A DNA stretch of 64,000 nucleotides. Origin: Candidatus Parcubacteria bacterium. GTDB lineage: Bacteria > Patescibacteriota > Minisyncoccia > UBA6257 > JAGOQP01. Below are positions 32,327 through 42,005 of this stretch, piece by piece. Positions within the stretch are counted from its first letter, which is position 1; each line of letters opens with the position of its first letter. The notes beneath the pieces are model-generated. The model did not search any database, had not been told where the DNA came from, and saw only the letters and a program-made list of their open reading frames with translations. The position numbers were made by a program, and so were the translations under genes. The stretch is taken from contig AP024682.1 of assembly GCA_025999395.1 (NCBI GenBank), positions 2,105 through 66,104 of the forward strand, read 5' to 3'.

Positions 32327-34726
32327 ATGAACTATCCTCATCAAAAAATAGAAACCTATTGGGCCAAAAAATGGGTTCAAGACAAGATTTATCGAGCCAA
32401 AGATAGTTCTTCCAAACCTAAACAATACATTTTAGATATGTTTCCTTACCCTTCCGGAGAGGGGTTACATGTAGGCCATATCGAAGGCTACACTGCCTCA
32501 GATATTTTGGCGCGCTATTTCCGAATGAAAGGATATGAAGTTTTACATCCAATCGGCTGGGATGCTTTTGGTTTACCAACTGAAAATTTTGCTATCAAAA
32601 CCAAACAAGATCCTCATCAAGTTACTCAAAAAAATATCGCTATTTTTAGATCTCAGTGTCAAAGAGTCGGTCTTTCTTATGATTGGGATCGGGAAATTAA
32701 TACCGCCGACAAAGATTATTACAAGTGGAGTCAGTGGCTCTTTTTACAGCTTTACAAGAAAGGATTGGCCTATAAAGCCAAAGCCCCAGCTAACTGGTGT
32801 ACCGGTTGCCTTACAGTTTTAGCCAACGAACAAGTAATTAACGGCCGCTGTGAAAGGTGTGATTCTTTAGTAGAAATTAGAAACATTGAGCAATGGTTTT
32901 TTAAAATCACCGCCTATATCGACAGATTAGTTAAGGGCTTAGAAAAATTAGATTGGCCTCAAAGAACCAAAATCGGACAAATCAACTGGATTGGAGAAAG
33001 TCAAGGATTTGAGATTAATTTCCCCCTAAAAGACAAGAAAATAAACTTGCCAGTTTTTACCACTCGTCCGGAAACTATTCCCGGTGTTACTTTTCTTGCT
33101 ATTGCCCCGGAACATCCCCTTTTGGAAGAAATTGTTAGCGACAAGCAGCTTATTCAAGTAAAAAACTTCTTGGAAAAAGTAAAAAATAAAACCCTCCTAG
33201 AAAGGAAAACTGGTGAAAAGAAAAAAGAAGGAATTTTTAGTGGAAGCTGGGCAATTAATCCCTTTAACAAAAAAGAAATCCCAGTTTTTGTGGCGGATTA
33301 TGTGCTAATGGATTATGCTACGGGGGTGGTAATGGGAGTACCCGCTCATGATAAAAGAGATTTCCAATTTGCTAAGGAAAACAACTTACCCATTACTTAT
33401 GTCTTTTTGCCTGATTCTATTAAAAAACCAGAAGATAAACCCTACCCCGATGAAGAAGGAAAAATGATTGTTTCTCCTTTCAAAGGAATGGATCTAAAAA
33501 CTGCTCGTCAAAAAATAGAAGCAAAGCTCTCTAAATTTGGAAAGAAAACTACCTACTTCAAACTTCAAGACTGGTTGATTTCTCGAGAAAGATATTGGGG
33601 AGCACCTATTCCCATTATTTATTGTCCAAAATGTGGCCAAGTACCAGTGCCAGAAAAAGATTTGCCAGTTCTTTTACCTGATGATATCAAAGATTTTCGC
33701 CCCAAAGGAATTCCGCCCCTAGCTCAATCAAAAAAATTTGTTAATACTCAATGCCCTCAATGCCAAGGACCTGCTCAAAGAGAAACAAAAACTTTAGACA
33801 CCTTCGTGGATTCGGCTTGGTATTTTTTAAGATTTCCCGATCCCAAAAACAAAAAACAATTTGCTGATCCTAAAAAATTAAAACGCTGGATGCCGGTTGA
33901 TATTTATATTGGAGGAGCCGAGCATACCGTTGGTCACCTTCTTTACTCTCGCTTTATTACCAAAGTTCTTTACGACTTAAAACTAATTGATTTTGATGAG
34001 CCCTTTCTTAAACTTCGCCATCAAGGAATGATTTTGGGAGAAGACAACAGGAAAATGAGCAAGCGCTGGGGAAATGTTATTCGACCCGATGAGGTGGCTC
34101 AAAAATTTGGCGCCGATACTTTAAGAATGTATGAGATGTTTATGGGACCCTTAGAACAAAGCAAGCCTTGGAGTACTCGTTCTCTAATTGGGGTAAGAAG
34201 ATTAATTGAAAGAATCTGGAAACTTAAAGATAAAGTAAAAACCAAAGTCGTCAAAGAAGACGAAAAAGAAAAAGAAATTACTCAAAAATTAATTTTCAAT
34301 GTCACTCAGTATTTAGAAAAGGAAAAGTTTAATCTTTGTGTCAGCGAGTTTATGAAATATGTTAATCAAGCCGAAGAATTAAGCGCTCTTTCCAAAAAAT
34401 GGTGGGAAAAATTCGTTTTGGTTTTGGCGCCCTTTGCTCCCTTTTTGGCAGAAGAGCTTTGGAAACAACTTAAAAACAAATACAGCGTTCACCAACAAAA
34501 ATGGCCTCAAATAGAAGAGAAAATAAAAGAAGAAATTCTAAAAATTGTTGTTCAGGTTAACGGCAAATTAAGAGGAGTTCTTCAGCTGCCTTCAAACAAA
34601 AGCTACTCTGATCAAGAGATTCTAAAGGTAGCTCAAAATGATCCTAAAATCTCTTCTAAAATAAAAGACCTAAAAATCAAAAAAGTTATCTACGTCCCCA
34701 GAAAAGTAATTAATCTTGTGGTGTGA
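32327..34726 (+). CDS. leuS: leucyl-tRNA synthetase
   Basis: MFPYPSGEGLHVGHIEGYTASDILARYFRMKGYEVLHPIGWDAFGLPTEN (HIGH region), KMSKRWGN (KMSKS), and the CP1/Zn segment WCTGC...CERC. Confidence 0.9.
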   Translation: MNYPHQKIETYWAKKWVQDKIYRAKDSSSKPKQYILDMFPYPSGEGLHVGHIEGYTASDILARYFRMKGYEVLHPIGWDAFGLPTENFAIKTKQDPHQVTQKNIAIFRSQCQRVGLSYDWDREINTADKDYYKWSQWLFLQLYKKGLAYKAKAPANWCTGCLTVLANEQVINGRCERCDSLVEIRNIEQWFFKITAYIDRLVKGLEKLDWPQRTKIGQINWIGESQGFEINFPLKDKKINLPVFTTRPETIPGVTFLAIAPEHPLLEEIVSDKQLIQVKNFLEKVKNKTLLERKTGEKKKEGIFSGSWAINPFNKKEIPVFVADYVLMDYATGVVMGVPAHDKRDFQFAKENNLPITYVFLPDSIKKPEDKPYPDEEGKMIVSPFKGMDLKTARQKIEAKLSKFGKKTTYFKLQDWLISRERYWGAPIPIIYCPKCGQVPVPEKDLPVLLPDDIKDFRPKGIPPLAQSKKFVNTQCPQCQGPAQRETKTLDTFVDSAWYFLRFPDPKNKKQFADPKKLKRWMPVDIYIGGAEHTVGHLLYSRFITKVLYDLKLIDFDEPFLKLRHQGMILGEDNRKMSKRWGNVIRPDEVAQKFGADTLRMYEMFMGPLEQSKPWSTRSLIGVRRLIERIWKLKDKVKTKVVKEDEKEKEITQKLIFNVTQYLEKEKFNLCVSEFMKYVNQAEELSALSKKWWEKFVLVLAPFAPFLAEELWKQLKNKYSVHQQKWPQIEEKIKEEILKIVVQVNGKLRGVLQLPSNKSYSDQEILKVAQNDPKISSKIKDLKIKKVIYVPRKVINLVV

Positions 34727-34783
34727 TTTCAACTCCCTCTCAATTTCTTAAAAGCTTTTTATTTCTGTTTCAATTATCTTAAG

Positions 34784-34854
34784 TCGGGCTGCTGGGAATC
34801 GAACCCAGTCTTCACGCACCCGAAGCGTGCGTACTACCGGTATACGACAGCCCG
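34784..34854 (-). tRNA. tRNA-Pro (anticodon CGG), no encoded CCA
   Basis: CGGGCTG...CACGC-TTCGGGT-GCGTG...CTGGGTTCGATTCCCAG-CAGCCCG. The C1:G72 pair is typical of bacterial tRNA-Pro. The 4-nt variable loop makes the model slightly short. Confidence 0.55.
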
Positions 34855-34962
34855 CTTTACGCTTCTTCTTTACAATACAATCTTTTGCTTCTTAAAAAAG
34901 ATTATACAACAAAAAGGCAGATTTTACATCTGCCTTTTTATAAGAAAATTTAGAATAAAAAT

Positions 34963-35253
34963 TTATTGGCAAACCCCAACTATTGCTGAACCATCCCAAA
35001 CTCCATGGTACTTACCTCCAACATCAATTTTGCTAAGTCCATTGCGACCGACTATTCCACCGCAAGAACCAAAGTTCTCTAACTTTCTTGCCTCCGACTG
35101 GTTAAGATAATCAGAAACTATTTTAGAGAGTATCTTACGCTCAACTCCATAATTTTTCCCGTAAAAATACCCCCCAAACGCTGCTACTACCACAACTAAA
35201 ACAATCAAAATGATTTTAAAGACATTACTCTTTTTTTCCATAAAATAAATCAA
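34963..35253 (-). CDS. hypothetical small membrane-anchored protein
   Basis: 96 aa. TM helix IILIVLVVVVAAFGGYFYG. Confidence 0.3.
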   Translation of the reverse strand: MIYFMEKKSNVFKIILIVLVVVVAAFGGYFYGKNYGVERKILSKIVSDYLNQSEARKLENFGSCGGIVGRNGLSKIDVGGKYHGVWDGSAIVGVCQ

Positions 35254-35313
35254 TAAAAAGATTTTTATTTTCGACCTTTGAAAATTACGAATAATAACAT
35301 TATAACAAAAAAA

Positions 35314-36570
35314 TCAAAGAACTTCTACCGAAACCTTCTCGGCATTATCTAATAAATTCTGACCAGTTGCATCTTTTACCAAAGAACCTTCTTTCTGACG
35401 AGAAGATTTAAAATCTGGATAAAAAACAATTTTGCCTTTTTGTAAAGTTTGAAATTTCACCTCACCTAAATCTAAATAATTGTTAGAAACTAATTGAGGA
35501 TTATCAGCAACCCAACTTAAAATTAAGGAGTTATCCTCTAAATTAACCATCTGCAAAGCTAGATTCCAAGAAGAATTTAAATTTCTCACTTTTTCGTTTA
35601 TTACCACCATCGCAGGATCAAATTTTAAAGATAAGTGAACTTCTTTAATGAAAAGAATGTCTCCTGATTTAATTGAAATCTTTAAGGGAATTTTTTCTCC
35701 CAACGCATAAGAATTTTTATCAACTCTCAAACTTAAAATCGCCCCCTTCCCTATAGGAACCTGAGATTTTTCCTCGACTACTTTAGGAGAAAAATCAGGT
35801 ATTTTGGCAACAAAAAGAATGGAACTCAAAAATCCTATTATAAAAAGAGAGAGAGCAAAAACTATCCATTTAGTTGCTTTGTGTTTAGGAAAAAAGTAAA
35901 ACCCCTCCTTAATCTTATTAAGCGCTTCAGAAATTTTTAATGGGGCGCTTTTTTCAGATTGCTGAAGATTATACGGAGCAATTTCATTAATTTCTTTTCC
36001 CAGCTCTTTCAAAGCTAAAATCTTAATTAGATCATGACGCCCTATTACTCCTAAAACTCTTTTAGCATTATCTACTACCACTATCGGACTTAACCGATGA
36101 TACTGAGCGAATTTATTCAAAATCTCTTCCAGAGGAGCATCAGCATACAAAAACAAAGGATTTTCATTCATTATGTCCTTAGCCCTTAGTCTTCTTATCG
36201 GCTTTAAAATATCTTCAAGAATTAACCTCTCCTGCTCTAAAGGAGAAACTTTTATTTCCTCAAAAATCTTTAAAAGGGTTGGAATATGAAAACCACTTTC
36301 CTTAACAACTAAATCAAATTGAGTAATCAGACCTACCAAAACATTTTTTTCTGAAACCACTGGAATTCCAACAAAATCGTACTTCTTAAAAATTTCAACA
36401 ACTTCATAAATGGGAGCATCTTTTCTTACCGAAACAACATTGGGATTCATTACATCAGCCGCCGTCACTACAATTCCATAATAAGAAATGGGATTTTTTA
36501 GATTTTCATTCATAGATTTCAAAACTGCCAAAGCTTGGAAAATAAACAAAAAAACCAATATCAGCTTCAA
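35314..36570 (-). CDS. CBS-domain protein with a central TM helix
   Basis: N-terminal tandem CBS-like segments (VMNPNVVSVRKDAPIYEVVEIFKKYDFVGIPVV; ...RLSPIVVVDNAKRVLGVIGRHDLIK), a TM helix (WIVFALSLFIIGFLSSILFV) and a C-terminal beta-rich domain. Confidence 0.45.
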   Translation of the reverse strand: MKLILVFLFIFQALAVLKSMNENLKNPISYYGIVVTAADVMNPNVVSVRKDAPIYEVVEIFKKYDFVGIPVVSEKNVLVGLITQFDLVVKESGFHIPTLLKIFEEIKVSPLEQERLILEDILKPIRRLRAKDIMNENPLFLYADAPLEEILNKFAQYHRLSPIVVVDNAKRVLGVIGRHDLIKILALKELGKEINEIAPYNLQQSEKSAPLKISEALNKIKEGFYFFPKHKATKWIVFALSLFIIGFLSSILFVAKIPDFSPKVVEEKSQVPIGKGAILSLRVDKNSYALGEKIPLKISIKSGDILFIKEVHLSLKFDPAMVVINEKVRNLNSSWNLALQMVNLEDNSLILSWVADNPQLVSNNYLDLGEVKFQTLQKGKIVFYPDFKSSRQKEGSLVKDATGQNLLDNAEKVSVEVL

Positions 36571-36694
36571 GCTGGTTTTTTAAAAACCATCAGACATCAT
36601 CCACACAGATGTCCTCTTTTAGAATAACAAAGAAAAAGAAAGATAGCTACTTACAAAGAAACAAAACCTTTTTTTGTCAAGAAGAGTTAAAAAA

Positions 36695-37510
36695 TTAAAA
36701 GAGGCTAACCTTTTTTAAATCGAGATCTTTTCTTTCAAGAAATAAATGAAAAAGATTTCTTACTCGCCAAGAATCTTCAGTGGTATAAAAAATTCTCTCC
36801 CCCTCCTTTTTGAGCTCTGAATCAATTTCTGGGTGAGCCTTAAGATAAATAGCTAACTTTTGAGCTACAATCGGTCCTTGAGAAAAAACTGCCACCGAAG
36901 AAGGAAAAAATTTTTTGAAGATATTTTCAATAAGAGCGTAGTGAGTACAAGCTAAAACTGCAACATCTAATTTTGAACTTTTTTCTAATAATTGATTGAC
37001 ATACTTTTTAACTGCCAACTCCAATCCTTCCCACTCTAATTCTCCCGCCTCAATAATAGGTACCAGAAGAGGACAGGCTTGCTGATGGGTTTTAATTGAG
37101 CTATCTAATTTGGCAATTTCTTTAGGATAAGCAAAAGAATGAACAGTTGCTTGAGTAGCTAAAATTCCAATTTCTTTGGATTTTGTTAAAGAAACCACCT
37201 CTTCAGCAGTAGGAATAATAATTCCCAACACCCTTCTTTCAGGAAAATGCTGAGGGAGAAATTCTTGCTGGATTCTTCTTAAGGCTACCGCCGAGGCAGT
37301 ATTACAAGCTAAAATCACTAATTTAGCCCCCTTCTTAAAAAGCCACCTTATCCCCTGTAAAGTAAAGCGATAAATCACCTCCGGGCTATGAAAACCATAA
37401 GGAGCGCGCGCATTATCGCCCAAATAAAGATAAGAGTAGGAAGGAAGAAGTTTTTCTACTTCTTTAAAAATTGCCAACCCCCCTACCCCGGAATCAAAGA
37501 AACCTATCAT
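36695..37510 (-). CDS. murI: glutamate racemase
   Basis: MIGFFDSGVGGLAIFKEV, VILACNTASA and VLACTHYAL (the two catalytic Cys motifs). Confidence 0.8.
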   Translation of the reverse strand: MIGFFDSGVGGLAIFKEVEKLLPSYSYLYLGDNARAPYGFHSPEVIYRFTLQGIRWLFKKGAKLVILACNTASAVALRRIQQEFLPQHFPERRVLGIIIPTAEEVVSLTKSKEIGILATQATVHSFAYPKEIAKLDSSIKTHQQACPLLVPIIEAGELEWEGLELAVKKYVNQLLEKSSKLDVAVLACTHYALIENIFKKFFPSSVAVFSQGPIVAQKLAIYLKAHPEIDSELKKEGERIFYTTEDSWRVRNLFHLFLERKDLDLKKVSLF

Positions 37511-37538
37511 ATTAAATAGCTTACTTAAAAATAAAAAC

Positions 37539-39080
37539 TTAAACTTTATACTTACTTCTCATCTCAGCTTCTATTCCCGCTTCGTATTCCTGCTTTCTTT
37601 TCTCCGCCCTCTTTCTTAATTCTTGCAACTCTTCATCCGAAAGCTTATTTAGTTCTAACGCTTTTTTCTTTAAATATTCCTCGCTATTTTTTTTCGGATC
37701 TTCAATCACTTCTTCTAAAAGCGCATTAAGAATGTGTCCGACTCGCGGTCCCGGTTTGATTTTTAAAAACTCCATTAATTGATAGCCATTAATTTTCAGC
37801 TGCTTGGGGGAAATCGGATCGTGTCTTACTTTTTCTATCATAAATTTTAGATGGCGCAACCGATAAGGAAAAGCCTTAGGAACCCCCGAGCCAATTCGAT
37901 CAGCTTCTCTTACCTTTAAAAGATCATCGACATTTTTCTCTCCCACTCGCGCTAAAAATCTTCTTACTCCTGCCGCTGTCACCTCGCCCACATTGTAATA
38001 AAAAAGATGGTGTTTTACTAAAAGAGTTACTTTTTCTACCACCTCCCCAGGGAACTTGAGATTCTTTAAAATCTTTTCTGTCATTCGAGCGCCCACATAT
38101 TCATGCCCATAAAAAGTTGATTCCGGTCCCTCGCCTCTTTTAGTTCGAGGTTTTCCCACATCATGAAGCAACGATGCCAATCTCACCTCCAAAGAATAAT
38201 TGCGTTTAGCCGCATAATCCAAGGCTCTTAAATTATGTTCCCAAACCGTATAGATATGATGTTTGTTTTGAGTTACGCCAATTCCTTCCTCTAACTCAGG
38301 AATAATAAAGCGAAGAAGTTTTAAATTAGAAAGCAGCTGAATTGCCCAAGCGGCTCTTGAAGTATTTATCATCTTTATTAACTCATCTCGAATCCTTTCT
38401 TTGGAAATAAATTTCAATAAGTGACTATTTTCAACGATTGAATTTAAAGTTTGGTTTTCAATGTCAAAATCCAGTTGAGCAGCAAACCGTACCGCTCTTA
38501 ACATTCTTAAAGCATCTTCCTTAAATCTTTCGTTGGGGTCACCTACAGCGCGAATAATTTTATTTTTTAAATCTTTTTCTCCTTCAAAAAGATCAATGAG
38601 TTGGAACTTTAAAACTTTCAAATATTTTCGATTTTGATTTAAGGCTCCTAAAGAAGAAGTGGGCAAATCCAGCGCCAAAGCATTAATAGTAAAATCGCGC
38701 CGTTTTAAATCTTCTTTTAAACTTTTGGCAAAAATAATTTTATCTGGATGCCTTTTGTCGCTGTAGCCGATCTCCTGACGAAAAGTGGTGATTTCTACAA
38801 TCTGAGTTTCTGAATTATCTTTACTTTTTACCTTTACCCCCACCGTTCCAAATTCGTTTTCATAAACGCTTTCCGGAAAAATTTTTTGAACTTCTTGAGG
38901 TAAAGCATCAGTGGCAATATCCCAATCTTTAGGCAAAAAAACTTTTTGAGAATTACTTTTCAAATGAGCTAGCAAAATATCGCGTACACAGCCGCCCACT
39001 AGATAAGCCTGAAAATTAGCTTCTTTAAGCTTTTTGATAATTTCTCCAATTTCTTTGGGAAGATAAAAATTTTTCATCAA
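37539..39080 (-). CDS. cca: CCA-adding tRNA nucleotidyltransferase with HD domain
   Basis: Head-domain motif GGCVRDILL...DWDIATDA and HD motif LLHDVGKPRTK. 513 aa. Confidence 0.7.
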   Translation of the reverse strand: MMKNFYLPKEIGEIIKKLKEANFQAYLVGGCVRDILLAHLKSNSQKVFLPKDWDIATDALPQEVQKIFPESVYENEFGTVGVKVKSKDNSETQIVEITTFRQEIGYSDKRHPDKIIFAKSLKEDLKRRDFTINALALDLPTSSLGALNQNRKYLKVLKFQLIDLFEGEKDLKNKIIRAVGDPNERFKEDALRMLRAVRFAAQLDFDIENQTLNSIVENSHLLKFISKERIRDELIKMINTSRAAWAIQLLSNLKLLRFIIPELEEGIGVTQNKHHIYTVWEHNLRALDYAAKRNYSLEVRLASLLHDVGKPRTKRGEGPESTFYGHEYVGARMTEKILKNLKFPGEVVEKVTLLVKHHLFYYNVGEVTAAGVRRFLARVGEKNVDDLLKVREADRIGSGVPKAFPYRLRHLKFMIEKVRHDPISPKQLKINGYQLMEFLKIKPGPRVGHILNALLEEVIEDPKKNSEEYLKKKALELNKLSDEELQELRKRAEKRKQEYEAGIEAEMRSKYKV

Positions 39081-39097
39081 GAGATTAGAAAAGAAGC

Positions 39098-39169
39098 GCG
39101 CCCGGAGGGACTTGAACCCCCAACGACGGTTCCGAAGACCGTTGTGATATCCATTTCACCACGGGCGCT
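39098..39169 (-). tRNA. tRNA-Arg (anticodon TCG), no encoded CCA
   Basis: GCGCCCGTGGTGAAATGGATATCAC-A-ACGGT-CTTCGGA-ACCGT...GGGGGTTCAAGTCCCTCC-GGGCGCG. Confidence 0.55.
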
Positions 39170-39349
39170 TAGCATTAACTATAATGAATATATTTATACA
39201 AAGTGCAAACCTATTTTACAAAAAATCCCTGAAAAAATCCATTTGATAGATGCTCTGCACCTGTCAACGTCCCAGCAACTGCCACTAGCCGCAACAAGCA
39301 CTTTATGGGGTTAAGGAAAGGTGTTATACTAACTTAGCCCCATTTTTTT

Positions 39350-40069
39350 ATGAAAAAAATCATTCGCAGAATTTGTGATGAGATTGTTAGACAGTATAAA
39401 CCAAACAAAAATGTTTTGGGTATTTTATTATTTGGATCCGTAGCAAGAAATACATTTGATCAATATTCAGATATTGATATATACATCCTCCTAAATAAAA
39501 AAGGGAGGTTCTCTAGAATAAATTTCATAAAAAACGGCTTCCGTGTTGACATTATCTTGAATACGAAAAAAGAGGCGATGCAATATCTCAAAGAAGATAA
39601 AAATAATTTGAGAAGAATTACTTCGCACATGATTGCCCATGGTAAAATCATTTTTCAAAGAAGAAAGTACTTAGAAAATATTCAAGCTATCGCCAAAAGC
39701 AACCTAAAATTGAGAACAAAATACAAAAAAAGCGAGGTTTTAATGCATAAGTATTCGATCGATGATTTTTGGGGAGAGGTTCAACGAGATATTAAAAATG
39801 ATGACCACCTAGCCTTTGGCCTCGACAGTCACCTGCTAATTTCTAACATCATGGAATTATTTCTTAAGCTGAATGGTGAATTTTTAAGACAGCCTAAAGA
39901 GATGAGAGAAGTGTTAAAAAAATTAGATAGAAAATTTTCCAACAAAATAGAAAATTTCTATAAAACAGGCGAGATTCAAAGTAAGAAAAAGATCCTATCC
40001 AACCTGGTTGAATATATTTATAAAAAATCCGGCGGGCCATTGCCCTCAAAATGGTTTTTAAAGGACTAG
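39350..40069 (+). CDS. nucleotidyltransferase-domain protein (KNTase/MNT-like: Pol-beta-type NTase N-domain + helical C-domain)
   Basis: LGILLFGSVARNTFDQYSDIDIYILL (GS...DxD NTase signature). 239 aa. Possible Rx4H (RRITSH) after the NTase core. Confidence 0.5.
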   Translation: MKKIIRRICDEIVRQYKPNKNVLGILLFGSVARNTFDQYSDIDIYILLNKKGRFSRINFIKNGFRVDIILNTKKEAMQYLKEDKNNLRRITSHMIAHGKIIFQRRKYLENIQAIAKSNLKLRTKYKKSEVLMHKYSIDDFWGEVQRDIKNDDHLAFGLDSHLLISNIMELFLKLNGEFLRQPKEMREVLKKLDRKFSNKIENFYKTGEIQSKKKILSNLVEYIYKKSGGPLPSKWFLKD

Positions 40070-40189
40070 CAAGAATTTCTTAACTCGCGAGCAAAAAGCA
40101 AAAATGAAGGAAGAGCTTCCTATTCGCAAGTCGAGTTAAATCTTGCTACTTATAAATTTATCCTCAAAAAATATTCTGTTTTGTGTTAG

Positions 40190-40262
40190 AGCGGGAGACG
40201 GGATTTGAACCCGCGAATCTCCACCTTGGCAAGGTGGCGTGTTACCGCTACACCACTCCCGC
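40190..40262 (-). tRNA. tRNA-Gly (anticodon GCC), no encoded CCA
   Basis: GCGGGAGTGGTGTAGCGGTAACACGCCACCTTGCCAAGGTGGAGATTCGCGGGTTCAAATCCCGTCTCCCGC with discriminator U. Confidence 0.75.
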
Positions 40263-40328
40263 TTTTGATAAAAAATAATAACTTTTTTTCAAATTACTTT
40301 CAAACCTCTAACAAGTCCACCCGGAAGG

Positions 40329-40401
40329 AGTCGAACCTTCAACCATCTCCTTAAGAGGGAGCTGCTCTGCCAGTTGAGCTACGGGTGGAGACTTAAAAAA
40401 A
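40329..40401 (-). tRNA. tRNA-Lys (anticodon CTT), no encoded CCA
   Basis: CCACCCGTAGCTCAACTGGCAGAGCAGCTCCCTCTTAAGGAGATGGTTGAAGGTTCGACTCCTTCCGGGTGGA. Anticodon loop CTCTTAA. Confidence 0.65.
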
Positions 40402-40501
40402 GTTTAATACAAAAAGTAAAAATATCAAGAAGAAGCGCTAATAAACAACAAATCCTCCTTTAAGGAGGATTTGTTGTTTAAGAAACTGAAAAAATTCACT
40501 T

Positions 40502-41317
40502 CTAATTACTAGTATTATTAGCAAACAACTCATTGCCCTTAATTGCTATCTCTCTAAAAAGAGAGTAGGCATCTTTGATTAAAGTTTTAATTTCATTTAA
40601 CTTATTTTGAATCTCAGAAAGATTAGAGATATCCAATACGCCACTATTAGCCTGATTTCTTAATTCTTGCAATTTTGCCTTGGCTTGGCTAATTTTTTGA
40701 TTGGCTTGATTAAGCAAATTCTCCAACTGAGCTACATCTTTACCAGCGTTTTTCAAATCTGCAATTCTTTGAGCGATTTTTTGGCTTCGATTTTCAGCAG
40801 CTTTAATAAGAGAATTCTCGAATTGGCCAATGTGAGCCAAAACTATCAATTTTCTTAAGACTTCTTTCTCTTTCTGGCGGTAGGTTTTAAGCTCTTCAGC
40901 AATCGCTTTTAATTCGTCAGCGGTAGTAGCTGATTGCAAGCGAGTTTTAATCTGATTTAAAGATTCTAAGTTGGCTTTAATCTGATTTAGCAATTCCTGT
41001 GCAATTCCTTCGTAAACCTTTTCTCGATTTTTAACTCTTTCCTCTAATTGCTGAAGTCTTTTTTCCATCACCTCAATTGCTCTCTCCAAAGCTAACTTTC
41101 TTCCTTTATTGAGTTGATCCTTGAAAGAAGCTGGGTTGCGCTCAAAATTAGCTCTCACTCTTTCCCAGTTTTTCTTTTCTTCTCTAAACTTCAAGAAAGA
41201 CTTAGAAAAATCATCGTCTCCTCCTTGAGCATTAACCTGCGGAGTAAGGTAAATAAAACCTCCTACTCCCGCTATTAAAATTAAAGTTAACAAGGAAAGT
41301 AATAATTTCTTTTTCAT
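40502..41317 (-). CDS. secreted/membrane-anchored coiled-coil protein
   Basis: Signal-like N-terminus MKKKLLLSLLTLILIAGVGGF. Heptad-rich K/E/Q sequence. Confidence 0.3.
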   Translation of the reverse strand: MKKKLLLSLLTLILIAGVGGFIYLTPQVNAQGGDDDFSKSFLKFREEKKNWERVRANFERNPASFKDQLNKGRKLALERAIEVMEKRLQQLEERVKNREKVYEGIAQELLNQIKANLESLNQIKTRLQSATTADELKAIAEELKTYRQKEKEVLRKLIVLAHIGQFENSLIKAAENRSQKIAQRIADLKNAGKDVAQLENLLNQANQKISQAKAKLQELRNQANSGVLDISNLSEIQNKLNEIKTLIKDAYSLFREIAIKGNELFANNTSN

Positions 41318-41328
41318 ATTTTTTAAAA

Positions 41329-41988
41329 TTAAAAGTTACTTAATAATGAATCGACCTCACTTAAATTATTTTCTTGAGAAAAAAAGCTATTTAAGTCAGT
41401 TTCTGTCTCTAATCCCTTTAACTCAGCATCAATCTGATTTGTATCAAAACCATTTACTTCTGCCGTTGAACTAAGAGCCACTTGATTTAACAAATCATCT
41501 ACCTCTCTTAACTGTTTTTCGCTGGCTAAGAAGCTATCAAAATCAACCCCTGCTTCTTCTGCCATACTTTCATCGCTGGCAATATCTTTTAATTCGGCTA
41601 CCTGAAGATTTTCTTTGCCAAAGGGATTAAGCAAAACCACCAATCCTATCAAAACAACAACGGCAGCAGGAATAGCAATAGTTAAAATTTTTGGCATATG
41701 CATTTGAATTTTTAATTTAAAAGGAAAGAAGCTCGACCTTAAATTTTCTTCCTCCTTTAAAGGACGAGGAGAGGAAAGATTTGTGGCGGATTTTTCTTCT
41801 AAAAGCCGATTAAGCACCTTTAAAGCCAAATCTTGTGAAGGCTCAATTCTTTTTTTAAGCTGCACTAAACGAGCCAAAAAACCTTTTAGCTCTTTTTCCT
41901 CTTCTTTATCCAAGATCTCAAAGAAACTGGCTAAATCCTTATCTTCAACCTCTTTAATTATTTTTTTGAAATCTTTTTCCTTTTTCAT
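41329..41988 (-). CDS. putative anti-sigma factor (single-pass membrane protein downstream of an ECF sigma gene)
   Basis: 219 aa with central TM ILTIAIPAAVVVLIGLVVLL. Immediately 3' of the sigma factor gene 42006..42581 on the same strand. Confidence 0.35.
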   Translation of the reverse strand: MKKEKDFKKIIKEVEDKDLASFFEILDKEEEKELKGFLARLVQLKKRIEPSQDLALKVLNRLLEEKSATNLSSPRPLKEEENLRSSFFPFKLKIQMHMPKILTIAIPAAVVVLIGLVVLLNPFGKENLQVAELKDIASDESMAEEAGVDFDSFLASEKQLREVDDLLNQVALSSTAEVNGFDTNQIDAELKGLETETDLNSFFSQENNLSEVDSLLSNF

Positions 41989-42005
41989 TTTTATAATTTT
42001 ATTAA

